Source: a virus (Duplodnaviria; Caudoviricetes). Taken from it: DNA of 64,000 nt. The notes under the pieces are model-generated. The model was given only the letters and a program-made list of their open reading frames with translations, made no database searches and was not told the DNA's origin. Below, in pieces: positions 45,470 to 54,972 of this stretch (within the stretch, counting starts at the first letter, position 1; every line of letters starts with the position of its first letter). The DNA is taken from the IMG/VR virus record IMGVR_UViG_2974592485_000001, positions 1 to 64,000 of that record; one strand, 5' to 3'. The position numbers and the translations under genes are program-made.

Positions 45470-46159
45470 TTATACAAGCTGACTAATTAATCGGATTTCA
45501 AATCCTTCTACCAAGGCATCATATACGGGATCATGTTTGGTTGCAGTTCTAGCCTTTCCTAGCCCAAACATTTTGAAGTACTCGATTGTTAAATCTACCG
45601 CTACCTTCTGAATATCTGTTTTATACGAGTCTGCCCCGTATCTACTAGTATAAAGAGCACGAAGACTCCGGAGGTTTCCTTGCTGCCAAAAATCACATAA
45701 AGGTTTTTCAAACCCTAAGTCATGGTAGTGTGCTTCTAGAATCTTATGGTCGAACTCATTACCATTACCGTAGCTCATGTCATACTTACCCGTATTGGCA
45801 GAATACCATTGCTGGATATCCCTTAATACTTGAGTGTTGTTAGCTACTTTAACAGTAGGTATACTGTCTGATTCTTTGCCATATACTGTAACCTCTGGAG
45901 TAATATCTCCAGAAAGGATGCTAATAATCTCATCAGATGGCAACGTATTTTTATACGCTTCTTTCATCCAAAAGGCTATAGTTGAAGCTGTTGCTACGGC
46001 TCCTCGGTTAAATTGCTCCTCTACATTGAGAGTAGCCATGATTACCTTAGGATAATCATTATCGGGGAATACAGCAACTGCTACACTAGGCATAGCAATA
46101 AGGTTAGTTGTACCAGAGTTTGTACCTAAAGTCTCAATATCAATTACTGAAAATGTCAT
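45470..46159 (-). CDS. DEDD 3'-5' exonuclease
   Basis: IDIETLG, GN..FD..IL, H....DA. Confidence 0.8.
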   Translation of the reverse strand: MTFSVIDIETLGTNSGTTNLIAMPSVAVAVFPDNDYPKVIMATLNVEEQFNRGAVATASTIAFWMKEAYKNTLPSDEIISILSGDITPEVTVYGKESDSIPTVKVANNTQVLRDIQQWYSANTGKYDMSYGNGNEFDHKILEAHYHDLGFEKPLCDFWQQGNLRSLRALYTSRYGADSYKTDIQKVAVDLTIEYFKMFGLGKARTATKHDPVYDALVEGFEIRLISQLV

Positions 46160-46184
46160 TAGTTTTTCCTCTTGTTAAAAACGC

Positions 46185-46403
46185 TTAACAATCTCTAGTA
46201 TTGTTAAGCCCTTTCTTGGGCTTTGGAGGGGTAATCCAGTCCTGGTCTACTCCCCAGTTTTCCTCATTACTAGGACTAATGAAACCATCAAACTCATCCG
46301 CCATTTCTAGCAACTGTTTAGTTGTAAGGCGCGTATAGTCCTTACCGGACTTGTGCGCGCCTCCTACGTTAAAGTCATGTTTTGCTACTAGATTATTAGA
46401 CAC
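46185..46403 (-). CDS. hypothetical protein
   Basis: N.VAKHDFN.GG.H...K.Y.R pattern. Confidence 0.75.
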   Translation of the reverse strand: MSNNLVAKHDFNVGGAHKSGKDYTRLTTKQLLEMADEFDGFISPSNEENWGVDQDWITPPKPKKGLNNTRDC

Positions 46404-46659
46404 CTAAATACTCCTTACAGTATCGATCTAAGGCTTCTTTAGCTTCGTTTTCTGACAAGAAGAAACCTTGAGAGAATTGACCGCATTCATCAGAATATTC
46501 AAACCATTCAGCTTGCATGAGGTATAAAGACTCTGTATCAGGGCTACTAGCAACTGTCAATCTAAAAATATTTGGAGTACTGGTAGCGTGTGAAGTAATA
46601 GCACCCTCATAAAATAGTCTGTCTACTATTACTCCCAAAATATAACTTGGTGCTGGCAT
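46396..46659 (-). CDS. hypothetical protein
   Basis: start likely MPAPS (AAGGA RBS). Confidence 0.65.
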   Translation of the reverse strand: MPAPSYILGVIVDRLFYEGAITSHATSTPNIFRLTVASSPDTESLYLMQAEWFEYSDECGQFSQGFFLSENEAKEALDRYCKEYLGV

Positions 46660-46696
46660 AACAAATTCCTTAGTAGGGGCTTTCGCCCCTGTCAAA

Positions 46697-47182
46697 TTAT
46701 TTTGATTTACGACGTGGCTTGCTGCTAGAACGCTTGATTCCTAGGTGGAAGCAGATTGCTCGAGCATCCTCAGCATCGTACTCTTTGCCAAAGAGATTTG
46801 GCTTCACTGAACCAAAGGTTGCTCTTTGTTCCATAATAAACTTAGACAACTCACGACGTCGACTAGACATCTGTCGGGTGTAGTCCTTCGGTGCCATAGT
46901 ACCTTTAGGGTAAAACTCGTTATCCAGATATGTTCCTGTAACTACAGGGACGCTTTTGTGTCCGTATCCTGCAACAAAGGCTACTAGCCGAGCTTTAGCT
47001 CGGGACTTGGTAGAACCTTTAACCTGAGGCTTAGCTCGTGGCGTAAAGCTCTTAACTGCTTTAGCAGTCTGTGCATCGTTTGGGTGTGCCTTCAAATGGC
47101 GCGCCAGACGACGAGCACGATTAGCTTCGGTTTTGCTGGTGTCTTTTACCACTACAGTTTTTGTATTTTTAGACTTAGCCAT
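46697..47182 (-). CDS. highly basic T5-like early protein
   Basis: 161 aa, K/R-rich, RHLK.HPND. Confidence 0.85.
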   Translation of the reverse strand: MAKSKNTKTVVVKDTSKTEANRARRLARHLKAHPNDAQTAKAVKSFTPRAKPQVKGSTKSRAKARLVAFVAGYGHKSVPVVTGTYLDNEFYPKGTMAPKDYTRQMSSRRRELSKFIMEQRATFGSVKPNLFGKEYDAEDARAICFHLGIKRSSSKPRRKSK

Positions 47183-47263
47183 TTTTATTTCCTTTGTTTG
47201 TTCATTAATTTATGAGATAATTATACGCTTTATTTTGATAAATAGCAACTAAAATTTTATAAA

Positions 47264-47539
47264 TTATCGTCCGATCGTTTTTGCTTGTTCTTCGCTTGCA
47301 ATATACGTGTACGCCCCTTTATTGAATGCGGGTGCTGTGCATAGCTTCTTACGCTCTATTTCTTCCAAAGCTTTAGCTTCTCTAGCAGCCATTTCAGGAT
47401 CGAGAATCTCTTTTTGGACTGGTGGTGGAGGGTTCCTAGTACTAGGCTCTCCGATGTTAATCCCTTTGTTCGGTCTACGAGGAGACTCAGCTCTTTTACG
47501 TAAGGGGATAATCCAAGGTGGTGAGTTATACGTTGGCAC
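47264..47539 (-). CDS. T5-like hypothetical protein
   Basis: GTG start with AGGAG RBS; AP.FNKG.Y.Y. Confidence 0.75.
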   Translation of the reverse strand: MPTYNSPPWIIPLRKRAESPRRPNKGINIGEPSTRNPPPPVQKEILDPEMAAREAKALEEIERKKLCTAPAFNKGAYTYIASEEQAKTIGR

Positions 47540-47745
47540 GGGTTCTCCTTGTAAACTACATGTGAGTCTGTTCTGTAAGCAAGCACTAGGAAACCTTTTT
47601 CTTGTAGTTTCTTAGCTGCCGTAACGGTTTGATGATAGTAACCTGTAGGATTCCTGGAGACTCTGAACTCCCCATAGGCTATTAGATGGCAGGCAACCCT
47701 CTCTGCAAATTCTTTTGTTACTCCGAATTCCTTAGTAGTTGCCAT
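47356..47745 (-). CDS. hypothetical protein (3' part overlaps the next gene)
   Basis: first gene after promoter. Confidence 0.55.
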   Translation of the reverse strand: MATTKEFGVTKEFAERVACHLIAYGEFRVSRNPTGYYHQTVTAAKKLQEKGFLVLAYRTDSHVVYKENPCQRITHHLGLSPYVKELSLLVDRTKGLTSESLVLGTLHHQSKKRFSILKWLLEKLKLWKK

Positions 47746-47957
47746 TTGCTAATCCTTCTCTAAATTTATGGAATAATTATACAGATTATTAGGCTAAATA
47801 GCAAATAAAATTTTAAAAAACATTTTCTAACTCTTTTGCGTAGTTAAATTTAAACATAGATAGGCGCCATAACCGGTAGTTTCTTTCCTCTATACTAGAG
47901 GAAAAATAAACACTACGTTTTATATCGTGATATGTACGCCTAATACCTAGGATATAT

Positions 47958-48437
47958 TCAGGACTTAAGATAATCATCTAATTCGTGCTCCGATAGTACA
48001 ACATTACACAATGCGTCAACCCTGTCATTTCTAGGATCTCCCGAATGCCCCTTAACCTTAATAAAGGTTGGAATCTCCCCATGAAAATCCTTATATTTAG
48101 TTAATAGCGTGAATGCCTCTTTCCACAATTCTAAGTTTAAGGGGGTCTGGCCATCTGCCTTCTTCCACCCCTTCCTCTGCCACGACCATAACCAAGACTC
48201 CATACCATTTTTAACATAGGTAGAGTCAGTATATACTTTAATGGGTCTTCCATCAGATTTAGTTGCCCACCTAAGTAGCTCTACTACTGCAGTTACTTCC
48301 ATCTCATTGTTGGTAGTTTCTGAACTATAACCTGATTTCTTCCCTAGCATATCGTCGTTTTCATCAAACACACAGAAAGCCCAGGATCCTTTCCCGGGGT
48401 TACCTCTGCAAGCCCCATCAGTAAATACGTGAAACAT
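47958..48437 (-). CDS. rnh: ribonuclease HI
   Basis: TDGACRGNPG, TNNEME, TDS, VKGHSG...N..VD. Confidence 0.95.
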   Translation of the reverse strand: MFHVFTDGACRGNPGKGSWAFCVFDENDDMLGKKSGYSSETTNNEMEVTAVVELLRWATKSDGRPIKVYTDSTYVKNGMESWLWSWQRKGWKKADGQTPLNLELWKEAFTLLTKYKDFHGEIPTFIKVKGHSGDPRNDRVDALCNVVLSEHELDDYLKS

Positions 48438-48661
48438 TATTGATAACCTCTCTCATTTGGGTGCTCCAGTTGTGCTGGAGGTGGTGGAGGTGGAGGTATG
48501 CCCCTACGGGCTGGACTAATAATACCTAGCAGATTGTTTAGAATGTAGTCAATACCTTCTCCTATCATTTTGTCTAATATAGGTTTTGTGTAGTGGGGTA
48601 CCAAAGCTTCATATTTTCGTTTCTGCTTTTCATCTAAGTAAAATTTTGGTGTAAAAATCAT
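48437..48661 (-). CDS. hypothetical protein with poly-Pro tract
   Basis: 74 aa. Confidence 0.65.
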   Translation of the reverse strand: MIFTPKFYLDEKQKRKYEALVPHYTKPILDKMIGEGIDYILNNLLGIISPARRGIPPPPPPPAQLEHPNERGYQ

Positions 48662-48669
48662 ATTAATCC

Positions 48670-49503
48670 TTAGGCTGACATTTTGCCCACTAGTTTGCCA
48701 TGTGGGTTATAGTCCTTTAAGATAAAGTCTTTAGCATCTAGAGCTAATACCTCTTCTAAAGTAGAAAACTCAGGTAAGATTAATTCTGGTAAGTCTTTAG
48801 GCTCTCTGGTGAGTTGTTCTGTAATCTGATCTATGTGGTTCTGGTAGATGTGCGTATCCCCTAGATGTACACATAGTTCTCCAACATCTAGCCCACAAAT
48901 CTGTGCTAAAATATGTGCTAGTGTTGCGTAACTTGCAATATTATAAGGTAACCCTAGGAATACATCACAACTAGGCTGATACCAAGTAAGATTTAACTTA
49001 TTCTTGCGGGTATTAACAACGAACATAAGATGACACGGAGATAGTACCATATCTGGTAAATCTAAGGGATTCCATGCGGATACAATCATTTTACGATTAT
49101 GGAATGTATCGTTCTTAATATCTTTGATTAACTTAGTGATCTGGTCTACTTGGATAAATGATCGCCATTGTTTACCATAGATTGGTCCTAGGTAACCATC
49201 TTCGTACCCCTTTTCTTTACCCTGCTTCTCGTAATTACCCGTCCAGATAGTACCCCTCTCGCCTCTAGTGCCGTACGTCCGCTCTTCCAGATCATACATG
49301 TTAGTAGAGCCTGAAAGGAACCAAAGTAACTCCGCAACTACTCCTCTAAAGAATAGATGCTTTGTAGTAACTGCTGGGAATCCCTTTTGCAAATCGAATT
49401 TTAACATACGGTTTAAGACAGACACTGTGCCAGTCCCAGTCCGATCCATAATCCAATCACCGTTAGCTAGTACGTCTTGTGCTAGATCTAAATACTGCTG
49501 CAT
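48670..49503 (-). CDS. thyA: thymidylate synthase
   Basis: DRTGTGT, ELLWFL.G, LGPIYG.QWR, PCH, D.FLGLPYN, DTHIY.NH. Confidence 0.95.
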   Translation of the reverse strand: MQQYLDLAQDVLANGDWIMDRTGTGTVSVLNRMLKFDLQKGFPAVTTKHLFFRGVVAELLWFLSGSTNMYDLEERTYGTRGERGTIWTGNYEKQGKEKGYEDGYLGPIYGKQWRSFIQVDQITKLIKDIKNDTFHNRKMIVSAWNPLDLPDMVLSPCHLMFVVNTRKNKLNLTWYQPSCDVFLGLPYNIASYATLAHILAQICGLDVGELCVHLGDTHIYQNHIDQITEQLTREPKDLPELILPEFSTLEEVLALDAKDFILKDYNPHGKLVGKMSA

Positions 49504-50093
49504 TAATAAATCTCCCTATACTGAGCAAACTTGTTAGTGTTGGTAGCATTCTCATTGACCTTATGCATGAGAATCCTGGTTGGGGAATTTAAAGTACTGG
49601 AGGGTAAAGTTAAGTAGGTATGAGGATAGTGTGACCATCCCTTAGATTGAACTATAGAAACTAAAGCCTCAGAAATTAAGTCTAAGGAGTACAGTGTAAT
49701 TAGTAAATTAGCTCCCCCTATGCATATTCCAGTATATCCTAGACCTTCTAAGTACATATCTAAGGACTTTCCTACCTGAGATACTCTAAGGTGCCTATCT
49801 AAAGCTCCTAAGCTATACTCTTCTGACTCTTTTTGGTTTCTGCCTACTAGTACCCATTTAACGGTACCTGCCGCTTCCTCTATTTTATGTAGTATGCTAG
49901 AAGGTGTGGATTCGTACCATTTTTCTGTAGTTACTAGTATAGGTTCTTTTTCTTTACTTTTGATTTTCAGTGAGAAGTTATTTAGCCCCCAATAGAATCT
50001 TTCAAGCTCTTCGGGGTATGAGCCCCACGGTAATCCATTACCATGGTTAGACCCAAATTCTCCTCGTGGTCCTTTAGCATAAACTGCGTACAT
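49503..50093 (-). CDS. dihydrofolate reductase (divergent)
   Basis: LPW and IGGA motifs; between nrdB and thyA. Confidence 0.75.
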   Translation of the reverse strand: MYAVYAKGPRGEFGSNHGNGLPWGSYPEELERFYWGLNNFSLKIKSKEKEPILVTTEKWYESTPSSILHKIEEAAGTVKWVLVGRNQKESEEYSLGALDRHLRVSQVGKSLDMYLEGLGYTGICIGGANLLITLYSLDLISEALVSIVQSKGWSHYPHTYLTLPSSTLNSPTRILMHKVNENATNTNKFAQYREIY

Positions 50094-51229
50094 TATAGAT
50101 CTCCAATTAAGTCTGACATGTTTTCGATCTCACTATCAGACGTGGCTTTTGTTTGTCCCATCTTATAATTGGTTATTTGCATCTCTTGTGGGGCTACTTG
50201 TTGACTAGATGGGTCTAACCACTTGTTAATCCACAAGATTGGATTTTTTTCTACTACAGGAAGATTATCCGGCCATGCAATGCCTACCCCTGCAAATGAA
50301 TTTCTAGCTATAAAGTATAAATATTCAGGTAGATTGGTAGAATTTAATCCAATTATCTTTCTACCTTCTGAGAAGATAAACTTAGCCCAGTTTATTTCCG
50401 TATCTAATACGGAGGCCATGATTTCTGGTGCTGCTGCTTCTGCCTCTGCCCACTCCTTTGGAGTTACTTGAGTTTTCAGAATATTTAGAATCTCACGGCT
50501 TGCTACTGTATGCAAGGCCTCGTCCTTAGCAATCAGTTGCAAACTTTTTGCAACTCCAGGCAGTATATCCTGCTCAGCTAGTGCAAACGTACATGCAAAG
50601 GATGCATAAAACATAATAGACTCTAGGGCATAGATAGCAAAGTATACTTTACATAATAGTACCCTAAGTTCTGCTTCTACTTCTTCCAATTCTGTATCCG
50701 GATAGTCTTTAGGGTTATCCCTAACGAATGTCCAATATAGACCCTTTTCTGCTAACTCATCTAAAATACCTATGCTATTAGCTACCCTAGCAAATGCGTG
50801 TTCGTTCTTGTTAACGGACTCGATAAATTCTGAGGGGTCTGTAAGTACGTTCCTAATAATATTAGAATACGCTCTAGAGTGTAAGTTCTCAAAGTATGAC
50901 CATTGGATTAGTAGGCCTTCTAGCTCTGGACGTGATACTAGTTGAGAAATGGCTGTTTCAGGTGCTCGTGTAATCAGAGAATCTGCAATGGTCTGCCACC
51001 CAAGGTTAAGTCTAGTAATGTCCTTAATATGTTCGGGAAGTGTAGGCCACTGGGCTTTATCCTTCTCTAAGGATATCTCATTCTCATACCACATTTGGCT
51101 TCTTTGCTTTAGTGCAAGGTCTTCCAATACTTGGTATTTAACATTTACATAGTCAGCTACCCCTAGTTCATCCCCTAGGAATAACTTTTCTTCATTTAAA
51201 TTGTAGTCTCTATTATAAACTGTTGCCAT
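50093..51229 (-). CDS. nrdB: ribonucleotide reductase class Ia beta subunit
   Basis: E.LHSRAY, LE...FY.SF, DEALH, APQE. Confidence 0.95.
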   Translation of the reverse strand: MATVYNRDYNLNEEKLFLGDELGVADYVNVKYQVLEDLALKQRSQMWYENEISLEKDKAQWPTLPEHIKDITRLNLGWQTIADSLITRAPETAISQLVSRPELEGLLIQWSYFENLHSRAYSNIIRNVLTDPSEFIESVNKNEHAFARVANSIGILDELAEKGLYWTFVRDNPKDYPDTELEEVEAELRVLLCKVYFAIYALESIMFYASFACTFALAEQDILPGVAKSLQLIAKDEALHTVASREILNILKTQVTPKEWAEAEAAAPEIMASVLDTEINWAKFIFSEGRKIIGLNSTNLPEYLYFIARNSFAGVGIAWPDNLPVVEKNPILWINKWLDPSSQQVAPQEMQITNYKMGQTKATSDSEIENMSDLIGDL

Positions 51230-51310
51230 AATACCCTCCTATTAAATTTCAATACCTAGTATAGCAAAAATAAAGAAGCCTAGCAAGTGTAATTTTGCTA
51301 GGCTTTAGTG

Positions 51311-53590
51311 TTACAGTGTGCAACCACCAGATGAACAGCCTACTCCATTAGCAGACTCTGACTCAATTAAGAAGTTAGCGTAGTATAGGTTTTTTACTCC
51401 GTACTTAGACAGTAGAATTAAATCCTTAATAACAGCAGCATTAGGAATTATTCCTCCCTCATACTGATTGAAGTCGTAGTATAGATTAGTGCTTATAGTT
51501 TGTTGTACAAACTTTTGCAATACTGCCAACCATTTAATATGTTCCTCTCTGTCGATAGAGAAAGCATACTTATAGGATAATCCTGTATCCCAGTCTGATA
51601 GACCTGGAACTACAGTTACTACTGCACCTTGAGCACTAGACTTAATAGTCACAGGCTGTCTAGGAGGTTCTACGGAGTTTGTTACTCCTAACAATACAGA
51701 ACTAGACTCCCCAGGCATACAAGCTGTTAGTACAGAGTTTCTCATACCGTATTTTTTGATATCTTCTCTGAGAGAATTCCAGTCCTGCTCTAAGTCTACA
51801 GTTACTAGAGTATCTACAGATTTTTTATAGGTATCAATACACAGTATATTCTCGCTAGCCTGAGTTCTATCAAACCAGTCACATTTACCTAGTTCTCTAG
51901 CCAGAGATACGGAGGCCTTATACAAGAAGTACTGGGCTTTTTCCGCCTCTCTATGGATCCAGTTCCTAGCCTCTACACCTTCGAACGCTAAGCCCTCTTT
52001 AGCCATAGCACCCGCGGCATTCATTAAGCCTATACCTACATTTCGTCTCGCTTTAGCTGTATACTCTAGGGATGGGTATGGGTAGTACTGAATATCAATT
52101 ATGGAGTCTACAAACTTAAGTAGTACATAAGCAGTATGCTCCCAATTGCTGATATTTCCTAACACTAGTCCCCCAAGGTTACACAGGGATACTTCTCCAG
52201 TGGTTTCGGTCTTAAACAAGTCAGCTACTGATTCGTAGGGGGTTGTAGGCTGTAAAATCTCTTGACATAGGTTACTCATTCTAATAGGGTCTTTGTAAGG
52301 GGAGTTCCTATTAGCCTCCATAACGTTCATGGCATATACTCTGCCTGTTTCTAGACGAATAGTTGCCCATTGATCTAGTAGTGTAGCTGCTGGGATAGAT
52401 TTTACTCTGGATAGTCTTTGCCCTCTAAATCCTACTACTGTAGAATCCTGAAGTCTATTTTCCGCTTCTTCGTAAAGTCTGTCGAACAGCTCCTCGTCAC
52501 CCGAATGGAACGCTTCCCACACCTCAGGGGCATCCAGGATAGAGAACAGTGTTATATTTTTCTTTTGTAGATAACGCTTCAGAAGTAGGTTACTATACTT
52601 AAGACTGTAGTCCATCTTATCTATTTTATTCTCTTCTGGAGTTCTCTGAGACTTAACTTGCATAAGCTCTAGAATCTCAGGGTCGAAGAAATTATAATGT
52701 ACAGTTGCTGAACCTCCCCTGCTCTGCTGCTGATTAGCCTTTACTGCCCTATCAATATGCTTATAATAAGGGATTTTACCAGAGTGAGAGAATGCTCCGT
52801 TTCTAACTGGATTTGCAATAGATCTGCTTTCTAAGTGATATCCAATACCTGCTCTAGCAGCAGTCATAGTATATACTACTTCCGCAGCAGCCCCTATACT
52901 CCCTAAAGTATCCCCTGCGTCAACTAAACAGCAGGAAGCAAAACCATTATCTCCTGATCGTAGACCTACCAGAGGAGGTGTAGGGACATTTATACGGTGT
53001 AGGGATAACTCATTGTATAGATCAATGCCGTCCTTAACAGAGTACTGAGGTAGTTGGAGCATCTCTAGAACCATACCCATATACATGAACTGAGGGGTTT
53101 CGTATGTCTGCCCTGTAATTGTGCTGCGTCTAGAGTACTTATCTAAAAACTGTTTTAATCCCCCACTAGTAAATAGGTGATCCCTAGAGTGGTCTATTAC
53201 CTCATTTAAGGCTTCGAACTGTTCATCGGACACCCACTCAGATTTATCTGACCATTGCCCTAAGGTTACCATCCAGTCATGGTAGGCTCTAAGAGATGGA
53301 GGGTAGTAAGAGTCGAATAGTCTCTTTCTCATCTGAGCAATCATTAGTTCTTTAGCGGGTATATCATAGTCAGGATTTTCCTGAATCATGTCTATAGCTG
53401 TTCTGATTAAAACTTCTGTTAGTTCATCTGAATCAACCACAGTATCGGAGATACCTTTTATGGCACGCATGACCAGATCTGACCAGTTAGCTGTAGATTC
53501 TCCTACTGCCCATTCTCCCCACTGGTTAAGTTTCTCTGGCATGAAAGCCTCTATAGTACCGTCTCTTTTAATTACTTTTTCAATTGCCAT
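51311..53590 (-). CDS. nrdA: ribonucleotide reductase class Ia alpha subunit
   Basis: start MAIEKVIKRDG; ATP cone, ASCC, SNLCQE, LYY, C-terminal CSSGGC. Confidence 0.95.
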   Translation of the reverse strand: MAIEKVIKRDGTIEAFMPEKLNQWGEWAVGESTANWSDLVMRAIKGISDTVVDSDELTEVLIRTAIDMIQENPDYDIPAKELMIAQMRKRLFDSYYPPSLRAYHDWMVTLGQWSDKSEWVSDEQFEALNEVIDHSRDHLFTSGGLKQFLDKYSRRSTITGQTYETPQFMYMGMVLEMLQLPQYSVKDGIDLYNELSLHRINVPTPPLVGLRSGDNGFASCCLVDAGDTLGSIGAAAEVVYTMTAARAGIGYHLESRSIANPVRNGAFSHSGKIPYYKHIDRAVKANQQQSRGGSATVHYNFFDPEILELMQVKSQRTPEENKIDKMDYSLKYSNLLLKRYLQKKNITLFSILDAPEVWEAFHSGDEELFDRLYEEAENRLQDSTVVGFRGQRLSRVKSIPAATLLDQWATIRLETGRVYAMNVMEANRNSPYKDPIRMSNLCQEILQPTTPYESVADLFKTETTGEVSLCNLGGLVLGNISNWEHTAYVLLKFVDSIIDIQYYPYPSLEYTAKARRNVGIGLMNAAGAMAKEGLAFEGVEARNWIHREAEKAQYFLYKASVSLARELGKCDWFDRTQASENILCIDTYKKSVDTLVTVDLEQDWNSLREDIKKYGMRNSVLTACMPGESSSVLLGVTNSVEPPRQPVTIKSSAQGAVVTVVPGLSDWDTGLSYKYAFSIDREEHIKWLAVLQKFVQQTISTNLYYDFNQYEGGIIPNAAVIKDLILLSKYGVKNLYYANFLIESESANGVGCSSGGCTL

Positions 53591-53641
53591 TTTATCTCCA
53601 AGATAAAAATACCCAGACACTAGGCCTGGGTATTTGAGTTG

Positions 53642-53863
53642 CTATGCTAATTCTGGTTCTGTTAAGTTAAGGTTTATTTCCATGGCTTTTCTCATTAGCT
53701 CTGATGGGGATCTATAGGAATATGCTAGCCTAGCTGCCTCCATTACACTAGACTGCAGCGATAGTCTAGTGTCCTCATCCATTCTAGCTAAAATGGAATT
53801 TGCTAACTCAAGGTTTCTATGCGTGCCTTCTTTAGCGCTACGAAATTTATACACGTTGGTCAT
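53642..53863 (-). CDS. hypothetical protein
   Basis: 73 aa, coupled to phoH. Confidence 0.7.
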   Translation of the reverse strand: MTNVYKFRSAKEGTHRNLELANSILARMDEDTRLSLQSSVMEAARLAYSYRSPSELMRKAMEINLNLTEPELA

Positions 53864-54621
53864 TATACCAATCCCTTATCTTTAAAGATGGAGTAGAAAG
53901 CAGAAGACTCTGGTGATCTAACATTATCTGTCAATTCAATTAGATTGAAGGGTACATATTCGTACTCGTCCCTAATGTCCATTAACAGTTGTAGGCCTGA
54001 ATTAGCCTTAATGTCTTTTTGTGCCACATCTCCGCAAATAATTAATTTACAGTCTAGACCTACACGAGTTACTAGACACATCATAGCCTCGATAGATATA
54101 TTTTGAGCCTCATCTACAATAACGTACGCGTTATTAAATGTTCTACCTCTAGCATGTTCAATGGCTAGGTACTTTATGGTGCCTCTATTGACCATGTTCT
54201 TATACGCGTGTTCCCCAATAGCCCACTTTATACCGTCTGCTATAGGTTCTAGCCAAGGCTCTAGCTTTTCTGCTAGGTCTCCAGGTAGCATTCCTAGGGC
54301 TCTACCTAAAGGCTCGTTTGGCCTAACCATGATTATATGGTCATAGACTGAATTGGGTTTAGTCAACTCCTGTGCAGCTTTAACTGCTGGAATAAACGTT
54401 TTACCTGTGCCCGGTTCCCCTATTGCAACAGTTACTTTGTTGTTGTCAATAGCATTGACGTACTTTCTTTGCCCGTCATTTTTAGGCTGAAGAGCTTTCA
54501 CTACAGTAAAGCCAGTATCAGAACGATCTTCATATCTTTCAGTACGGTCTACTTGGGTGCTTCTACGATTATTGGTTGAAACACGTTGAGCCCTTTCTTT
54601 TCCTCTTTTTCTTCCACCCAT
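53863..54621 (-). CDS. phoH: PhoH-family ATPase
   Basis: G.PGTGKT, LPG, RGRTF, DEAQN, GD..Q.D. Confidence 0.95.
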   Translation of the reverse strand: MGGRKRGKERAQRVSTNNRRSTQVDRTERYEDRSDTGFTVVKALQPKNDGQRKYVNAIDNNKVTVAIGEPGTGKTFIPAVKAAQELTKPNSVYDHIIMVRPNEPLGRALGMLPGDLAEKLEPWLEPIADGIKWAIGEHAYKNMVNRGTIKYLAIEHARGRTFNNAYVIVDEAQNISIEAMMCLVTRVGLDCKLIICGDVAQKDIKANSGLQLLMDIRDEYEYVPFNLIELTDNVRSPESSAFYSIFKDKGLV

Positions 54622-54914
54622 AAAGTCTCCTAAGGTATTACTACGAAACGCTGTGTACGTCCGCTAGTTAATAGATCTCTACTTTTCACATATATTATAT
54701 CAATATCTACTCTCGATGGCAAGAGAAATTTTTGGTTCGCTCAAGGAAAGTATAAATAAAGCCTAAATATTATTTGACTTACAGTGGGCAAGTGTGTTAT
54801 TAGATAGTCATTTATTTATTATACGCGCGCGTACGTATATCATGTACAGGGACTCATTAGCAAATACAATTTTGTTAAATTTGTGTAACATCCGTTGTTA
54901 TACAAATAATTGGA

Positions 54915-54943
54915 TTGACATACACGATAGAATAAGGTATAAT
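54915..54943 (+). promoter_or_regulatory. consensus sigma70 promoter for nrdD
   Basis: TTGACA-17-TATAAT. Confidence 0.85.
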
Positions 54944-54972
54944 GTTGTATATTAATTGCTAAGGAGGACTAT

